A DNA stretch of 64,000 nucleotides from an uncultured Chlamydiae bacterium (GCA_963713615.1 CAVQMM010000001.1:512001-576000), one strand, 5' to 3'; shown: positions 50,944 to 61,935, counted from the stretch's first letter. Numbers and translations are program-made. The notes: generated by a model from the sequence alone, not told the origin.

Positions 50944-51281
50944 ACTAGAAAACGGCCCAGACGGCAAGGAAAACCTCTATGATTGACTGGGAGAACATCA
51001 CGCTAAAAGAGTTGGCGGGCTACGTTTCAGAGGAACTCAGAAAGCGAGGTGTCGAGACAAATCTTGTCGGTGGTGCTTGCGTTACAATTTACTCTGAGAA
51101 CCGCTATCAGTCTTACGACCTGGATTATGTGACTTACGAGGACATGCGTAAAGTTTAGAAAGCGCTACTGGAAATGGGATTCACTGAGAAGGCTCTCTAT
51201 TTTCAACATCCAGGATGTCCTTGGCTTGTGGAGTTTGTATCACCACCGGCAGCTGTGGGAAACGAATATGTGCGTGATTTT
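50944..51281 (+). pseudogene. Second HTH tail plus nucleotidyltransferase pseudogene
   Basis: TRKRPRRQGKPL*, then MIDWENITLKELAG..VGGAC..SYDLDY from 50979 with in-frame TAG at 51156. Confidence 0.85.
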
Positions 51282-51441
51282 GGATCTCTTCGAAAGTTCG
51301 AAATTGTCTGAAAAACGGCAATTGCTGAATTTGGTCTTTTCGAACTTAAAATTGGATGGAAAAAAGCTGTTTGTGACACTGCGAGAACCATTTCTGACCC
51401 TTACCGCAATGTCACATCAACCAGCGAATCTCCGGATGTAG
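51277..51441 (+). pseudogene. C-terminal remnant of a large serine recombinase
   Basis: LFESSKLSEKRQLLNLVFSNLKLDGKKL..LREPF; stop codon lies inside the tRNA 3' end. Confidence 0.7.
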
Positions 51442-51501
51442 GATTCGAACCTACGACCAATGGATTAACAGTCCACTGCTCTACCGCTGAGCTAATCCGG
51501 A
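51430..51501 (-). tRNA. tRNA-Asn (GTT)
   Basis: tccggattagctcagcggtagagcagtggactGTTaatccattggtcgtaggttcgaatcctacatccggag folds as a cloverleaf; CCA not encoded. Confidence 0.98.
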
Positions 51502-51584
51502 ATAAGGAACGCCCCAAGCATAATCTTTAGGCTGAATTTTTCTCAAGGCTGTTTTGCTGCTAACTTAAAAAAAGGCAAAATTTC

Positions 51585-52253
51585 TCAATAGGTTCCCTGA
51601 TATTGAGTAAGTCCACGTTTGCGCAGATGACATGCAGGACAGTCACCACACCCCTCTTTAGGTACTCCAGCATAACAAGTCAAGGTTTCTTTAAGGAGGT
51701 ACTCCAGCACACCAAGGTCCTTCGCTACTTGTAAACTTTCTGCCTTCGACATAAACACAAGTGGTGTTCGAACAACGAAAAATGGATTGTCGAGGTCAAT
51801 ACGCAGGATCTGCTCTTTGAGGTTCATATAGGCACGAGAGCAATCTCTATAACCAGAATTGCCGTCCACACTTTCAAGGACGCCAATCCACACTTGATCG
51901 GCCCCAATCTTGTCGCCATAGATGGCTGCTAGGCGAACAAAGAGGCCATTACGTCCTAGCACAAGTGTGGTAGGAGATTCACCAACTTCTCTTTGCATTG
52001 GCAAACTCGCATCCATGAGAGCATTAGTGGTAATGTGTCGCATGGCATCAATGTCAACAATTTTTTGCTCTATACCCCATGCTTTGCAAATACGTGTGGC
52101 GCATCCAATTTCATTGGAATGTCGTTGTCCGTACCAAAAGGCTAAAGCGGTGACGTTATTCCTGCCCAACTCTTCAATGGCTAAGCGTAAGGTGATAGAG
52201 GAATCCATGCCTCCAGAATGCAATACGACTGCTTTTGTTGGCTTTGAGGTCAT
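51585..52253 (-). CDS. queC: 7-cyano-7-deazaguanine synthase
   Basis: SGGMDS, YGQRH, GYRDC, TCY..GCGDCPAC. Confidence 0.95.
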   Translation of the reverse strand: MTSKPTKAVVLHSGGMDSSITLRLAIEELGRNNVTALAFWYGQRHSNEIGCATRICKAWGIEQKIVDIDAMRHITTNALMDASLPMQREVGESPTTLVLGRNGLFVRLAAIYGDKIGADQVWIGVLESVDGNSGYRDCSRAYMNLKEQILRIDLDNPFFVVRTPLVFMSKAESLQVAKDLGVLEYLLKETLTCYAGVPKEGCGDCPACHLRKRGLTQYQGTY

Positions 52254-52255
52254 GA

Positions 52256-54181
52256 CTATACAAATTGTTCAACGGGTTCAGGGCGGTGACGCGCTTCCCA
52301 TAGTGCTCTGAATGGAGCACAGTTGGCCAGCAGCTCTTGTTTGGAGCCTTCAGCAAGTTTGATGCCTTCATCGATATAGATAATCCGGTCAGCATCTTCG
52401 ATTGTTGAAAGACGATGGGCAATAATGATTTGGGTTACTTGCCCTTTCAGACCTTCTAAAGCTTGTTTAATGCGTATTTCACTCATATTGTCGAGCGATG
52501 AGGTAGCCTCATCAAGGATGAGAATAGGTGCATTCTTTACCAGGGCTCGAGCAATAGCAAGGCGTTGCTGCTGGCCGCCAGATAGGTTTTTGCCAGCTTC
52601 AGCAAGAAACGTTTCATAGCCCTCAGGTAGCTTCTGAATAAATTCATCTGCATAGGCGCGTTTAGCCGCACGCATCACTTTTTCCATCCCAAAGGGTCGG
52701 CCAAAGGAAATGTTTTCAGCAACCGTATCCATAAATAGGAAGGGTTTTTGAGGAACAAAGGCTATGGCATCGCGTAGAGAACGCTGTGTGAACTCCCGCA
52801 CGGGTTTCCCATCAATACGGACGGATCCTTTCTGTGGGTCATATAGGCGGGGGAGTAGCTGAACAATAGTCGACTTGCCGGCTCCTGTTGGTCCCACCAG
52901 AGCGACAGTTTCGCCTTTTCGAACTTTAAAGCTGAGGCCGCGAAGGACCCAACGATCGGCATATTTGAACCAAACATTTTCAAACTCTATCGAGTCTTCA
53001 AATGATCCAAAAGCCAAAGCATTTGGCTCATCTTGAATCTGTGGGGTGATATTCATCACTTCATGCATACGTTCAGCAGCTGCAACACCGCGTTGTATTT
53101 GGTTGTTTTCTTCGGCAAATTTTTTCACAGGTTCATAGAGGAGGTACAGCAGTGCGCAATAGAGCAAGATTGCGGTGAAATCCATTTGCAAAACGTGAAG
53201 ACCATACAGCATGACGGTAGCGATACACATGACGGCGATGGTGTGGACGATGGGTCTAGACGAGAGGTCATAGGTAGCGCCCTTTTGCTCTAGCCTGGCA
53301 AGCATCTGGTTCTGCTCTCGATATTTTTTGAGAGAGAAGTCTTCCATAGCAAAGACTTTGACGGTCTGAATGCCTGCGAAGAAATCGACGAGCACAGAAC
53401 CAAAGCGTTCTTGATTTTTTTGAATCTGTCGGGAGATTTTTTTCACCTGACGTGCGATGAGAAAAATGGGGACTGCGATGAGAGGTAAGCCAAGAAACAC
53501 GAGTAGGGTGAGTTGCCACGAAGCTAAGAAGCACCACAGAAGAGTTGTGAGGATGACAAAAGGCGATTGAAAGTAATTGATGAGTGTGGCGGTGAGAGCT
53601 TCGGCGATCACGCCAGCATCCCCAACGGCGCGTGCGGAAAGGCCGCCGATATCATGGCGTTGATAGAATTCCATGGGGAGCATTTGTAGGTGCTCGAAGT
53701 AGTTTTGTCGTAGGTCACGACTGACGCGAATGGCTACAAGTCGGGTTGTGAAGCGATGTGCGAATTGAGAGATGGCTTTCAGCAGGGCTATTGTCATTAA
53801 GAAGATAGCCAGATAGCCGATTCCTTGTTCAAAATGAAACCAGCTATTAGCATACTCGATAGCGGCATCGACCCTGTCGCTACCATGTTGCCGCATGAAG
53901 TTAGCAACTTCATCGATAGAGACTACATTGGTATGGTTGGGATCAAGGTCATTCCAGCGCGAATCCAAGACGTCTCTGGTAATAGTCTTTTTAGTAACGA
54001 CTTTGCCATTTTCCATTGGGGCGAAAAGCTCGAAGGCATCGGGACCCTTCTTGGTAATAATGGCGAGGGCTAGTGTTTCGAGCTGTGCTGCAAAAGTAAA
54101 CACGATCATCGACACGATGGTGACAAAGAGGAGAGCCAGGTGCCGGCGATTTTGAAGGGCGGCTTTTAGAAGGAGTCTCAT
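52256..54181 (-). CDS. msbA: MsbA-like ABC exporter
   Basis: TMD plus NBD (GPTGAGKS, LSGGQQQR, DEATS); follows accA as in Chlamydia. Confidence 0.85.
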   Translation of the reverse strand: MRLLLKAALQNRRHLALLFVTIVSMIVFTFAAQLETLALAIITKKGPDAFELFAPMENGKVVTKKTITRDVLDSRWNDLDPNHTNVVSIDEVANFMRQHGSDRVDAAIEYANSWFHFEQGIGYLAIFLMTIALLKAISQFAHRFTTRLVAIRVSRDLRQNYFEHLQMLPMEFYQRHDIGGLSARAVGDAGVIAEALTATLINYFQSPFVILTTLLWCFLASWQLTLLVFLGLPLIAVPIFLIARQVKKISRQIQKNQERFGSVLVDFFAGIQTVKVFAMEDFSLKKYREQNQMLARLEQKGATYDLSSRPIVHTIAVMCIATVMLYGLHVLQMDFTAILLYCALLYLLYEPVKKFAEENNQIQRGVAAAERMHEVMNITPQIQDEPNALAFGSFEDSIEFENVWFKYADRWVLRGLSFKVRKGETVALVGPTGAGKSTIVQLLPRLYDPQKGSVRIDGKPVREFTQRSLRDAIAFVPQKPFLFMDTVAENISFGRPFGMEKVMRAAKRAYADEFIQKLPEGYETFLAEAGKNLSGGQQQRLAIARALVKNAPILILDEATSSLDNMSEIRIKQALEGLKGQVTQIIIAHRLSTIEDADRIIYIDEGIKLAEGSKQELLANCAPFRALWEARHRPEPVEQFV

Positions 54182-54226
54182 GAGTATCGTATCGGGTAAA
54201 GGATTCAGATGCGGAGTGTTACGATA

Positions 54227-55201
54227 TCACGTTGGAGAATTTTTTGGTCGGAAATTGACTTGGAAGGCGCCCATGCGGCGGAATTTGAGATAGCGACGTT
54301 CTAACAAGATTTCTTGGGGGAGGTCTTTAAGGATGTCCCACTGTTCTAGAATGAACTGTTTTACGTTACTTAGGGTGGTTTGGGGGTCGTGGTGAGCGCC
54401 ACCAAGGGGTTCCTTGATGATTGCGTCGATGATTTCAAGCTGCAAGAGGTCTTCAGCTGTCAGTTTGAGTGCTGAGGCCGCAATATTCTTTTTATTGGGG
54501 TCCTTGTAGAGAATGGAAGCACAAGATTCTGGTGAAATGACTGAGTAGTAGGCATGTTCCAACATAGCAACGACATCGCCAATAGCGATGCCTATGGCGC
54601 CGCCGGAACATCCTTCGCCAATCACGACGACGATAATAGGTGTCTTCAAGCTAGACATTTCACGAAGATTTTGGGCAATAACCCACGAGATGCCACGTTG
54701 CTCCGCTTCCAGGACGGCATGAGCTCCAGGGGTATCCACTAAAGAGATCACTGGAAGACCAAATTTTTCGGCTAATTTCATGAGGCGTAGAGCTTTGCGG
54801 AATCCTTCTGGCTTGACCATTCCAAAATTACGCTGGAGGCGTGTTTCGGTGTCATAGCCTTTTTCTTGGCCAATAATGACACAGAGTAGGTGGCCAATAC
54901 GCGCAAACCCACCTATTAGAGAAGGGTCTTCGCCGTAGGTTCGGTCTCCACATAGCTCTACGAACTCATCACACATTTCCGTGACGTAATTGATCGTGTG
55001 AGGCCGCGAAGAATGGCGACAGATTTGAACACGTTCCCAAGGAGAGAGGGCTCCATAAACCTTTTCTTTAAGCTTGGCGAGCTTGGACTCCAGCGTGTGA
55101 ATTTCCTTGGAGAAAAGAGGGTCATCCTTGTTTTGTTTTTTTAGCCTTTCCAGGGTTTTAATATATTCCTGAATTGGCTTTTCGTGTGGTAGAGTGTCCA
55201 A
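54227..55201 (-). CDS. accA: Acetyl-CoA carboxylase carboxyltransferase alpha
   Basis: [25 protein letters not shown]. Confidence 0.97.
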   Translation of the reverse strand: MDTLPHEKPIQEYIKTLERLKKQNKDDPLFSKEIHTLESKLAKLKEKVYGALSPWERVQICRHSSRPHTINYVTEMCDEFVELCGDRTYGEDPSLIGGFARIGHLLCVIIGQEKGYDTETRLQRNFGMVKPEGFRKALRLMKLAEKFGLPVISLVDTPGAHAVLEAEQRGISWVIAQNLREMSSLKTPIIVVVIGEGCSGGAIGIAIGDVVAMLEHAYYSVISPESCASILYKDPNKKNIAASALKLTAEDLLQLEIIDAIIKEPLGGAHHDPQTTLSNVKQFILEQWDILKDLPQEILLERRYLKFRRMGAFQVNFRPKNSPT

Positions 55202-55221
55202 GGTATCACCTCTTGTGCTGT

Positions 55222-56265
55222 TTAGTTGCGCTGAGCCACTTCTTTGCCCGGAGGGGTGGCTTCATAGAAATTACGCACCAACTCTACAGTTGTTGGTCGA
55301 GATATGATTATCGAGAACAATTCTTCAATATCAGCCGTTGCCATGCGGATGCAGCCATCACTAAGATGCTTGCCAAGACCATTTGTATTGTTGGTATCCT
55401 CACGCCATTGGCTGCTTTTTGGGTCGATGACCCAAGGAACACCATGGATGCCCAAGCCTTTGGCGGGCTCGGTGCAGTCGGCAATTTCCTGTTCAAAGGG
55501 TACCCAACGAGTGCCGAAGACGGATATTAGCTCTACCTTTTCGCCATTATGAAAGCCCTTCATATTGGGGCGGTAGGTTGCGATGCGATCGCCAAGGGAA
55601 TATTTACCAAGGGGAGTAAGAAAACCAGAGGCTCGCGAGGAGTCAATACGGCCGAGGCCTACATTGTAGGTTTTGACCAGTACACGTTCTTTGGCATCGC
55701 GATCGATGTAGTAGAAAAGGAGCTTGCATCGATGAATGTCGACTACGAGATAGAACTCAAAATTCTTATCAGGGGTAAGCACATTGAAACGGTCACCTTC
55801 AGAGATGTCCTGCTTGAGGTAATCGGGTTTGCCATTGAGGCTTCGAGCTATGAAGTGTCGTGAAGTGCGGTAATGGGAGGCATAGTCGGAAAGCCATGCC
55901 GGGCGACCTTTGAGCCAAGGTACTTTGCTGTGGTAAACGATTGTTTCAATGATGGGGAGTTGAGGTGAGCCTTTATTAAAAAATTCGCCGATGCGGTCAA
56001 CTTGAGGTACTTGCCTTTCGCTTTCCGTTGCACGCGGTGGTGTGTGTACTTCTGAGGTTGCAACGACAACTGGACGAGGTAATTTCTCCACAGGAGGTGT
56101 GGGTGTGACTACGCGCACTTCGCCTCCGACTGGAATAGCTACAGACCCAGAGGAGACTGTTGTCGATGGAGAATTTGACGAAGTGTCTCCCTTGAAGAAG
56201 GAGATCAGCCCAATAGTTCCAAAAAGCAACCCGGCAAAGATAAGCAGCAATCGAGGCAAAGACAT
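55222..56265 (-). CDS. L,D-transpeptidase (YkuD) family protein
   Basis: TPLGKY, GLGIHG...SDGCIRM; N-terminal anchor. Confidence 0.85.
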   Translation of the reverse strand: MSLPRLLLIFAGLLFGTIGLISFFKGDTSSNSPSTTVSSGSVAIPVGGEVRVVTPTPPVEKLPRPVVVATSEVHTPPRATESERQVPQVDRIGEFFNKGSPQLPIIETIVYHSKVPWLKGRPAWLSDYASHYRTSRHFIARSLNGKPDYLKQDISEGDRFNVLTPDKNFEFYLVVDIHRCKLLFYYIDRDAKERVLVKTYNVGLGRIDSSRASGFLTPLGKYSLGDRIATYRPNMKGFHNGEKVELISVFGTRWVPFEQEIADCTEPAKGLGIHGVPWVIDPKSSQWREDTNNTNGLGKHLSDGCIRMATADIEELFSIIISRPTTVELVRNFYEATPPGKEVAQRN

Positions 56266-56336
56266 AGTCCATCCTTGTTCATAAGGTGTGACACGAGCCA
56301 CGATCATAAGGACTGTGGACTATTTTGCCAAGAGGG

Positions 56337-56672
56337 TTATACCATGCGCGCTTGGGTTTTATGTGAGGCGGTCATTCATGGGCGTGTGAAATCAACAGAA
56401 TTTGTTTCGACCGTCCTCGCAGTCATGGAATGCATAGTGTTGCACACATCTTTTTCCAGACAGCGGCACGTATCCGAAATAGCGTTTATCCGAATGAATG
56501 TAAGGATTTAAATGTTAGCTAAATAACATGAGTGAAGCTGTACGCATCGACCTTAAGCCCTCACAATCGTTACTCGGCGCGCAGCGCGAGTGCGGTCGCA
56601 AGCGACCGCATTCCAATGCGCTGCGCGCCGATTAACGCCATGCATGGATTGGCTGCGGCACATAGGAAATCG
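56337..56672. repeat. Mosaic of repeat families A, B and TTATACC
   Basis: ttataccatgcgcg, cgcagtcatggaatgcatagtgttgcacacatc, cacaatcgttactcggcgcgcagcgc. Confidence 0.75.
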
Positions 56673-56763
56673 CTACAATAAGATGAGGGCGACATCGACT
56701 AGAGTCTTCGATGTCGCTCCTCCCAAGAAGTGCATATCGGCTCCGTCAGGAAACATGCCTAAA

Positions 56764-57090
56764 TTAGGAATCTTCCCGCGCATTAGCAGCTTCGATCAGT
56801 TTGCGCATGCGTTTACCCGGAGTGAATTTCACAGCTTGACGGGCAGGGATTACAATGGGGACTGCTGCATTTTTGGGGTTACGTCCAATTTTGCGCTTTC
56901 TAATTACAACTTCAAAAACGCCAAAATCACGAAACTCCAATCGCTCTCCCTCGGATAGGCAGTGAGTCATCTGATCAAGGAAGGCCTGGATGACGTGTCG
57001 CACATCATTAGGGTGAATGCCTTTTTCCTGCGATATAGAGGAAATTAGCTTTTTTTTGGTCATCGTCTTCTTCTTTGTCAAGGTTGACAT
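56764..57090 (-). CDS. ihfA: IHF/HU family DNA-binding protein
   Basis: LEFRDFGVF, GRNPK, VKFTPGK. Confidence 0.92.
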   Translation of the reverse strand: MSTLTKKKTMTKKKLISSISQEKGIHPNDVRHVIQAFLDQMTHCLSEGERLEFRDFGVFEVVIRKRKIGRNPKNAAVPIVIPARQAVKFTPGKRMRKLIEAANAREDS

Positions 57091-57370
57091 AAGCTCGGTA
57101 CTCCTTGGGTTAAATTGGGGGGTGGGGGTGTTAGGAAAACAGTGAACATTGTCGTATCCTACTCATTTTCAGGCAAGTGTTTTCCCACTCGGGATAGGTC
57201 TTGCTCGTCATTCTCGATAGCACAGGTCTAATGGAATTGGGGGTGACTGTCGAGTTGTCATTAGTCGAGTTACTTACCATCATAGACATAGCGATTTAGG
57301 TTTCAACAATATTTTTTACAGATGATTCTGAGTAGGAGACAAAAAATCTTATGTTGCTGAGGGTAAGGGG

Positions 57371-58645
57371 TCATGCGTCTAGGCGCACAAGAAGCTTATT
57401 CTTCTTCCCGGTAGCCAGCAGCAGCAGTTTACCTTCAATAAGTTGCTGTTCGCCTATGGTGTAGTCGATATTCTCAACTTTAACATTGTTGACATAGGCG
57501 CCACCGCTCTCAATAAGGCGTCTAGCTTGTCCTTTGCTGGTTTGTAAGCCAGTATGAACGAGTAGGTCGATTAATTTGGTATTCACAACTTCATTTCGAT
57601 TGAGTTGACGACTGGGCATATCGTGCGCTAAAGCTTCGAGGGTTATGGCATCCAAGGCTGTATCAGAGCCGGGGGTGACCCCTTTTGTTACGGCCAGAGC
57701 TGTTTGTAGGCCTTGCTCACCGTGGACGATGCGGGTGACTTCTTCAGCCAAACGCTTTTGGATTGTGTTTGGAATATAGTCACTTTTTTTCATCAGGTCT
57801 TCATATTCGCGGATTTCCTTCATATCCAAGAAGGTGAGCATGCATAGGAGGCGGATGACATCGGCATCAGGCATTCTGAAAAGGTGCTGATAGAATTCAA
57901 ATGGTGAGAGGCGCTCTGGTGATAGCCAGATAGCTCCTTTTTCAGATTTTCCAAACTTCTTTCCATCGCTACGGGTGATTAGCGGGAAAGTAATCCCGTA
58001 TGCTGGTTTGTCAGAAACTTTTCTGATGAGGTCAGTGCCAGCGGTGATATTGCCCCACTGGTCGCTACCACCAATTTGTACCTCTACGCCGTGGTTTTGA
58101 AGAAGATAGAGAAAGTCATATCCTTGCAAAACTTGGTAGCTGAATTCGGTAAAACTCATGCCTTCTTCAGACTGAAGTCTGGTTTTTACTGAATCTTTGG
58201 CGAGCATGGGGCCGATGCGGAAATGCCTTCCGATATCGCTCAAAAAGCGAATAAAGGAGTAGTCTTTGTACCAGTCAAAGTTGTTCAGTAGAATTGCTGC
58301 ATTGGTAGGAGAGTTAAAGTCCAATATGGTTTCCAAGTCCCTTTGGATACCTTCGAGGTTGCGTTGTAGGGTGTCTTCATCAAGCTGAGGCCTTTCCTGG
58401 CTTTTACCTCCTGGATCGCCGATGAGGCCTGTAGCGCCACCTACAATGGCTACTGGGGTGTGGCCTAAGCGCTGGAACCAGGCCAAACCCATAATACCGA
58501 CTAGGTTTCCGAGGTGCAGGCTATCTGAGGTTGGATCAAAGCCACAGTAGACACGCATAGGTTCATCAGAACGAGCGCGCACATCTTCGCTCGTCATTGC
58601 ATCAATAAAGCCGCGTTCTTGTAGGATATCAATAATGTTGGCCAT
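57371..58645 (-). CDS. tyrS: Tyrosine-tRNA ligase
   Basis: GFDPT..LHLGN, GGSDQWGN, KFGKS, S4-like tail. Confidence 0.98.
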   Translation of the reverse strand: MANIIDILQERGFIDAMTSEDVRARSDEPMRVYCGFDPTSDSLHLGNLVGIMGLAWFQRLGHTPVAIVGGATGLIGDPGGKSQERPQLDEDTLQRNLEGIQRDLETILDFNSPTNAAILLNNFDWYKDYSFIRFLSDIGRHFRIGPMLAKDSVKTRLQSEEGMSFTEFSYQVLQGYDFLYLLQNHGVEVQIGGSDQWGNITAGTDLIRKVSDKPAYGITFPLITRSDGKKFGKSEKGAIWLSPERLSPFEFYQHLFRMPDADVIRLLCMLTFLDMKEIREYEDLMKKSDYIPNTIQKRLAEEVTRIVHGEQGLQTALAVTKGVTPGSDTALDAITLEALAHDMPSRQLNRNEVVNTKLIDLLVHTGLQTSKGQARRLIESGGAYVNNVKVENIDYTIGEQQLIEGKLLLLATGKKNKLLVRLDA

Positions 58646-58710
58646 AAGTCCCTCGAAAATTCGATATAATGGTCAGAGGTATAATCTGTAAGTGGTTTTC
58701 TGTCAACATA

Positions 58711-59466
58711 CTAAAAGGGATTTTCGGAATCCAAGAAGGTCGTTTGGATTTGTAGTTCATCTTGGATATAAGCTGCGATGGCCTTGGGTCCGATTTTCTC
58801 GGTGGCAGCGTGACCGAGGGCGAAGAAGTGAATCCCTTCTTCCATAGCGAGGTTCCATATGGGTTCATCAAAAGAACCAGTGATAAAGGCATCTATCCCT
58901 TGGGCAATGGCTTCTTTGATGGACCAATGTGCGCCACCTGATACCAGAGCGATCTGTGCGATGAGGGGCTTTCCGCCGGGAGCATGGTGAGCGGGATGAT
59001 CATAGTAGGTTTCTAGATGTTTTTTTAGTTCTTCTACCGGAATATTTGGTACCGAGCCCTTAACACCTATTAGAGATCCTTTAAACATTCCAAAGGGTTG
59101 CAGAGACTGCCAGCCCATCTCCTGGGCTGCTTTCCAGTTATTACCGACTTGAACATGAGCATCGAGCGGAACGTGGTATGCAAGGAGACTAATACCATGG
59201 TCCAGAAGGGCTTGTATTTTGCATTTTTTCACCCCTGAGATAACGGGGCTATCACCTTGCCAGAAAATGCCGTGGTGCACCACCAAAGCATCTGCTTCTG
59301 CAGCGATAGCGGCACCAATGATTTCTGATGAGCAGGATACGGCCGTTACGATGCGTTCGATAGTGGGTTTGCCTTCTATCTGCAATCCATTTGGGCAGAC
59401 GTCGGAGAACAGATCGATGGCCAATAGGGTATTCAGGTGTCGACAAAGTTCTTGTAATGTAATCAT
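58711..59466 (-). CDS. Nif3-like dinuclear metal protein (YbgI)
   Basis: NGLQIEG, VHHG, YHVPLDAH, GHAATE. Confidence 0.95.
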   Translation of the reverse strand: MITLQELCRHLNTLLAIDLFSDVCPNGLQIEGKPTIERIVTAVSCSSEIIGAAIAAEADALVVHHGIFWQGDSPVISGVKKCKIQALLDHGISLLAYHVPLDAHVQVGNNWKAAQEMGWQSLQPFGMFKGSLIGVKGSVPNIPVEELKKHLETYYDHPAHHAPGGKPLIAQIALVSGGAHWSIKEAIAQGIDAFITGSFDEPIWNLAMEEGIHFFALGHAATEKIGPKAIAAYIQDELQIQTTFLDSENPF

Positions 59467-59531
59467 GATGAGCTCCAAAATTCGGTTTAGAGGAACTTTA
59501 TACCACAAAACCCTAGTGTAATTGAAGCGAG

Positions 59532-60275
59532 ATGATGGCTAATACTGACGCTATTTCAAAAGAGTCCCACGAAGAGGCTAAAAAAGCTGCCGGTTTTGCT
59601 GCTGTAGAGATGCTCCGGGATGGTATGAGGGTTGGATTGGGCACTGGTTCAACAACACATCATTTCATTCGCCATCTAGGAAAGCGTTGCTTGGAGGGCC
59701 TGAAGGTTAATTGTGTTGCCAGTTCTAAGGCATCCGAGCAATTAGCTGATCAATGCGGCGTTCCAATGTTAGACATGTCCACTGTCATTGCTCTGGATGT
59801 AACGGTGGACGGTGCTGACCAGATCGACGAGAACCGGAACATGATTAAAGGTGGTGGTGGTGCTTTGCTGCGGGAAAAGATTCTAGCGAGCCTGAGTGGG
59901 GAAATGATCGTGATCGTTGATAGCAGCAAGGTTGTAAAGAACTTTGGATCTTTTCCCCTTCCGATTGAAGTGGTCACTTTCGGTTTTGAGGCTATCCTGG
60001 AACGCATTCGGCGACAAGGGTATCTGGTAAACATTCGTCGCAATAAGTCTGGAACGTATTATATTACGGATGGCGGTAACTGCATACTAGATTTGGATTT
60101 GAGGGAGGTGACTACTCCATTAGAACGAATTCATGAGGAACTAAGAAGTATTCCAGGCGTCATAGAGACTGGATTTTTCACTGGACTAGCAGGGCGAGTT
60201 ATTGTTGGCAGTGATGATGGATCAGTGGAAATATGGGATGCGCGGCCGAGGAGGCGAACGTATGCTGATGTTTAA
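59532..60275 (+). CDS. rpiA: Ribose-5-phosphate isomerase A
   Basis: GLGTGST, DGAD, KGGGGALLREK. Confidence 0.98.
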   Translation: MMANTDAISKESHEEAKKAAGFAAVEMLRDGMRVGLGTGSTTHHFIRHLGKRCLEGLKVNCVASSKASEQLADQCGVPMLDMSTVIALDVTVDGADQIDENRNMIKGGGGALLREKILASLSGEMIVIVDSSKVVKNFGSFPLPIEVVTFGFEAILERIRRQGYLVNIRRNKSGTYYITDGGNCILDLDLREVTTPLERIHEELRSIPGVIETGFFTGLAGRVIVGSDDGSVEIWDARPRRRTYADV

Positions 60276-60681
60276 AGAACTCATTCAGGTTTCATTCGAC
60301 AAGATTGTTCAGACACGTTCTTACACAGTTGTCATCCTCGGAACTGCGCAAAAGCGTTTTGCTATTTATGCGGATTCTTCGGTGGGACGCCGTCTTCAGA
60401 TGCACCTAACCGGCGCTAATAAGCCGAGGCCGCAGACTCATGATCTGATTGTTTCTCTGTTTCAAGGACTGGGTATACGCATCAAACAAGTCGTAATCAA
60501 TGATCTTCAAGATACGATTTATTTTGCTCGGCTTTATCTTGAGCAGCAACGAGGGGATCTGCGGCACATCATCGAAGTTGACGCGCGGCCAAGCGACTGC
60601 ATTACACTTGCTCTAATGAGCAATGCACCGATTTTTTGTACTAAAGAAGTGCTGGAAAAAACGGTGGCCCTGGAGGATTAG
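60262..60681 (+). CDS. Bifunctional nuclease family protein (DUF151)
   Basis: RPQTHDL, DARPSD. Confidence 0.92.
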   Translation: MLMFKELIQVSFDKIVQTRSYTVVILGTAQKRFAIYADSSVGRRLQMHLTGANKPRPQTHDLIVSLFQGLGIRIKQVVINDLQDTIYFARLYLEQQRGDLRHIIEVDARPSDCITLALMSNAPIFCTKEVLEKTVALED

Positions 60682-60719
60682 TACCCACTGATGTGGTACT
60701 TCCTCCGAGATCGGCCTCA

Positions 60720-61037
60720 TTAATACTTGATATAAAAGTTATTTCGCGCCAGGTTAACGATTGTAGCAACGGCTTCCTCAGCATCTTCACCTGTGGCCTC
60801 GACACCGATCTTTGCGCCTTTATGAGCCGCCAGCATGAGAATGCCTAGCAGCGATTTGGCGTTTACCTGACAGTTTTGGTACGACAACTTAACATCAGCT
60901 TTAAATGCTGCTGCGCATTTTACCAACTCTGTCGAGGGGCGGGTGTGCAATCCCTTGTCGTTACCAACGACAAACATGCCTTTGGCTTTCGATATTTTAG
61001 CAGATGCCTTGAGGGACGTTCTGACTGCGTCTGACAT
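60720..61037 (-). CDS. ptsH: Phosphocarrier protein HPr
   Basis: GLHTRPS, NAKSLLGIL. Confidence 0.95.
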   Translation of the reverse strand: MSDAVRTSLKASAKISKAKGMFVVGNDKGLHTRPSTELVKCAAAFKADVKLSYQNCQVNAKSLLGILMLAAHKGAKIGVEATGEDAEEAVATIVNLARNNFYIKY

Positions 61038-61405
61038 AGGTCCTCTCGCCCGTGAATGGTTCCTAATACAACATCTTACGATTCGCTACGTGATCTTATG
61101 ATCCGGCTACATGCATGCAATGACTTACCGCTGAAAGCGCCCAAATAGAGGCGATGTCCTGCTTGTCATTGCGTTAGATGGCATACCCGCCGCGGCTTTT
61201 CTTCGCAACGTAAATGTTTACCTGGAGCGATGAATTATACCGCGTGCGGTTAGATTTGACGCATTCGACTAACGCGAAAACTCCCGCAGTTGTACGATCG
61301 CAATTGGGTTCATAGTTCTAATATTGAATTACTTGCAATCATTCAAATCCGGGGCTTTGTCGCATACGCATTAAGCTAAGAGAATTAAGAATTTTTACCA
61401 CCGGA

Positions 61406-61830
61406 GGTGCATAGAAGCTCGTGGGGCTTTTTTAGGATTTTCACCGCCGAGACACCGAGATAGGAAAGAGAGGAGAGAGGAAGAGGAAAGAATGTTCAGT
61501 TACTACAGACTCTGGACAAAATCCAGTCTAAGGGTTCTCGCAGGAATACGATTCTGTAGTGCCCTTAGACAGGACTTTGTCCAGAGTTGGTAGTAACTGA
61601 ACAGGTCCTCAAAAAAGTTAGATTGAGCACCTGTGCCATTTGTGTGTCTTTGGGCAAAATGCTGTCTAAGGGCTTTACCAAAACGCTAACCCCTCAAGAG
61701 GCCCTTGGGCAGAATTTTGCCCAAGGACACACAAACGGCACATTCTCTCCTAATCCTCTCTCTCCTATCTCGGTGTCTCGGCGCCTCGGCGGTAAAAATC
61801 CTAAAAAAGCCCCACGAGCTTCTATGCGCC
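61406..61830. repeat. 425-bp nested palindromic composite
   Basis: Outer ~45-bp arms; inner hairpin units 61493-61603 and 61632-61742. Confidence 0.88.
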
Positions 61831-61935
61831 TGGACTTGCGATTTTGTGAGGTTGTGCGTGGTCCAAATTCCAAATTTGTGATCAAGTGTGGTATAAACCT
61901 ATTTCATAATAGAGCACACAGTGAGGATGAAGTTA

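Larger units (their letters stand above)
37288..51501. mobile_element. Composite genomic island stack at tRNA-Asn
   Basis: tRNA 3'-end repeats at 37288, 39797 and 50864; recombinase remnant; TA cargo; internal duplications. Confidence 0.85.

Noticed and set aside
58646..58710. T-box leader before tyrS
   Set aside because: Only 65 bp of intergenic space and no T-box motif
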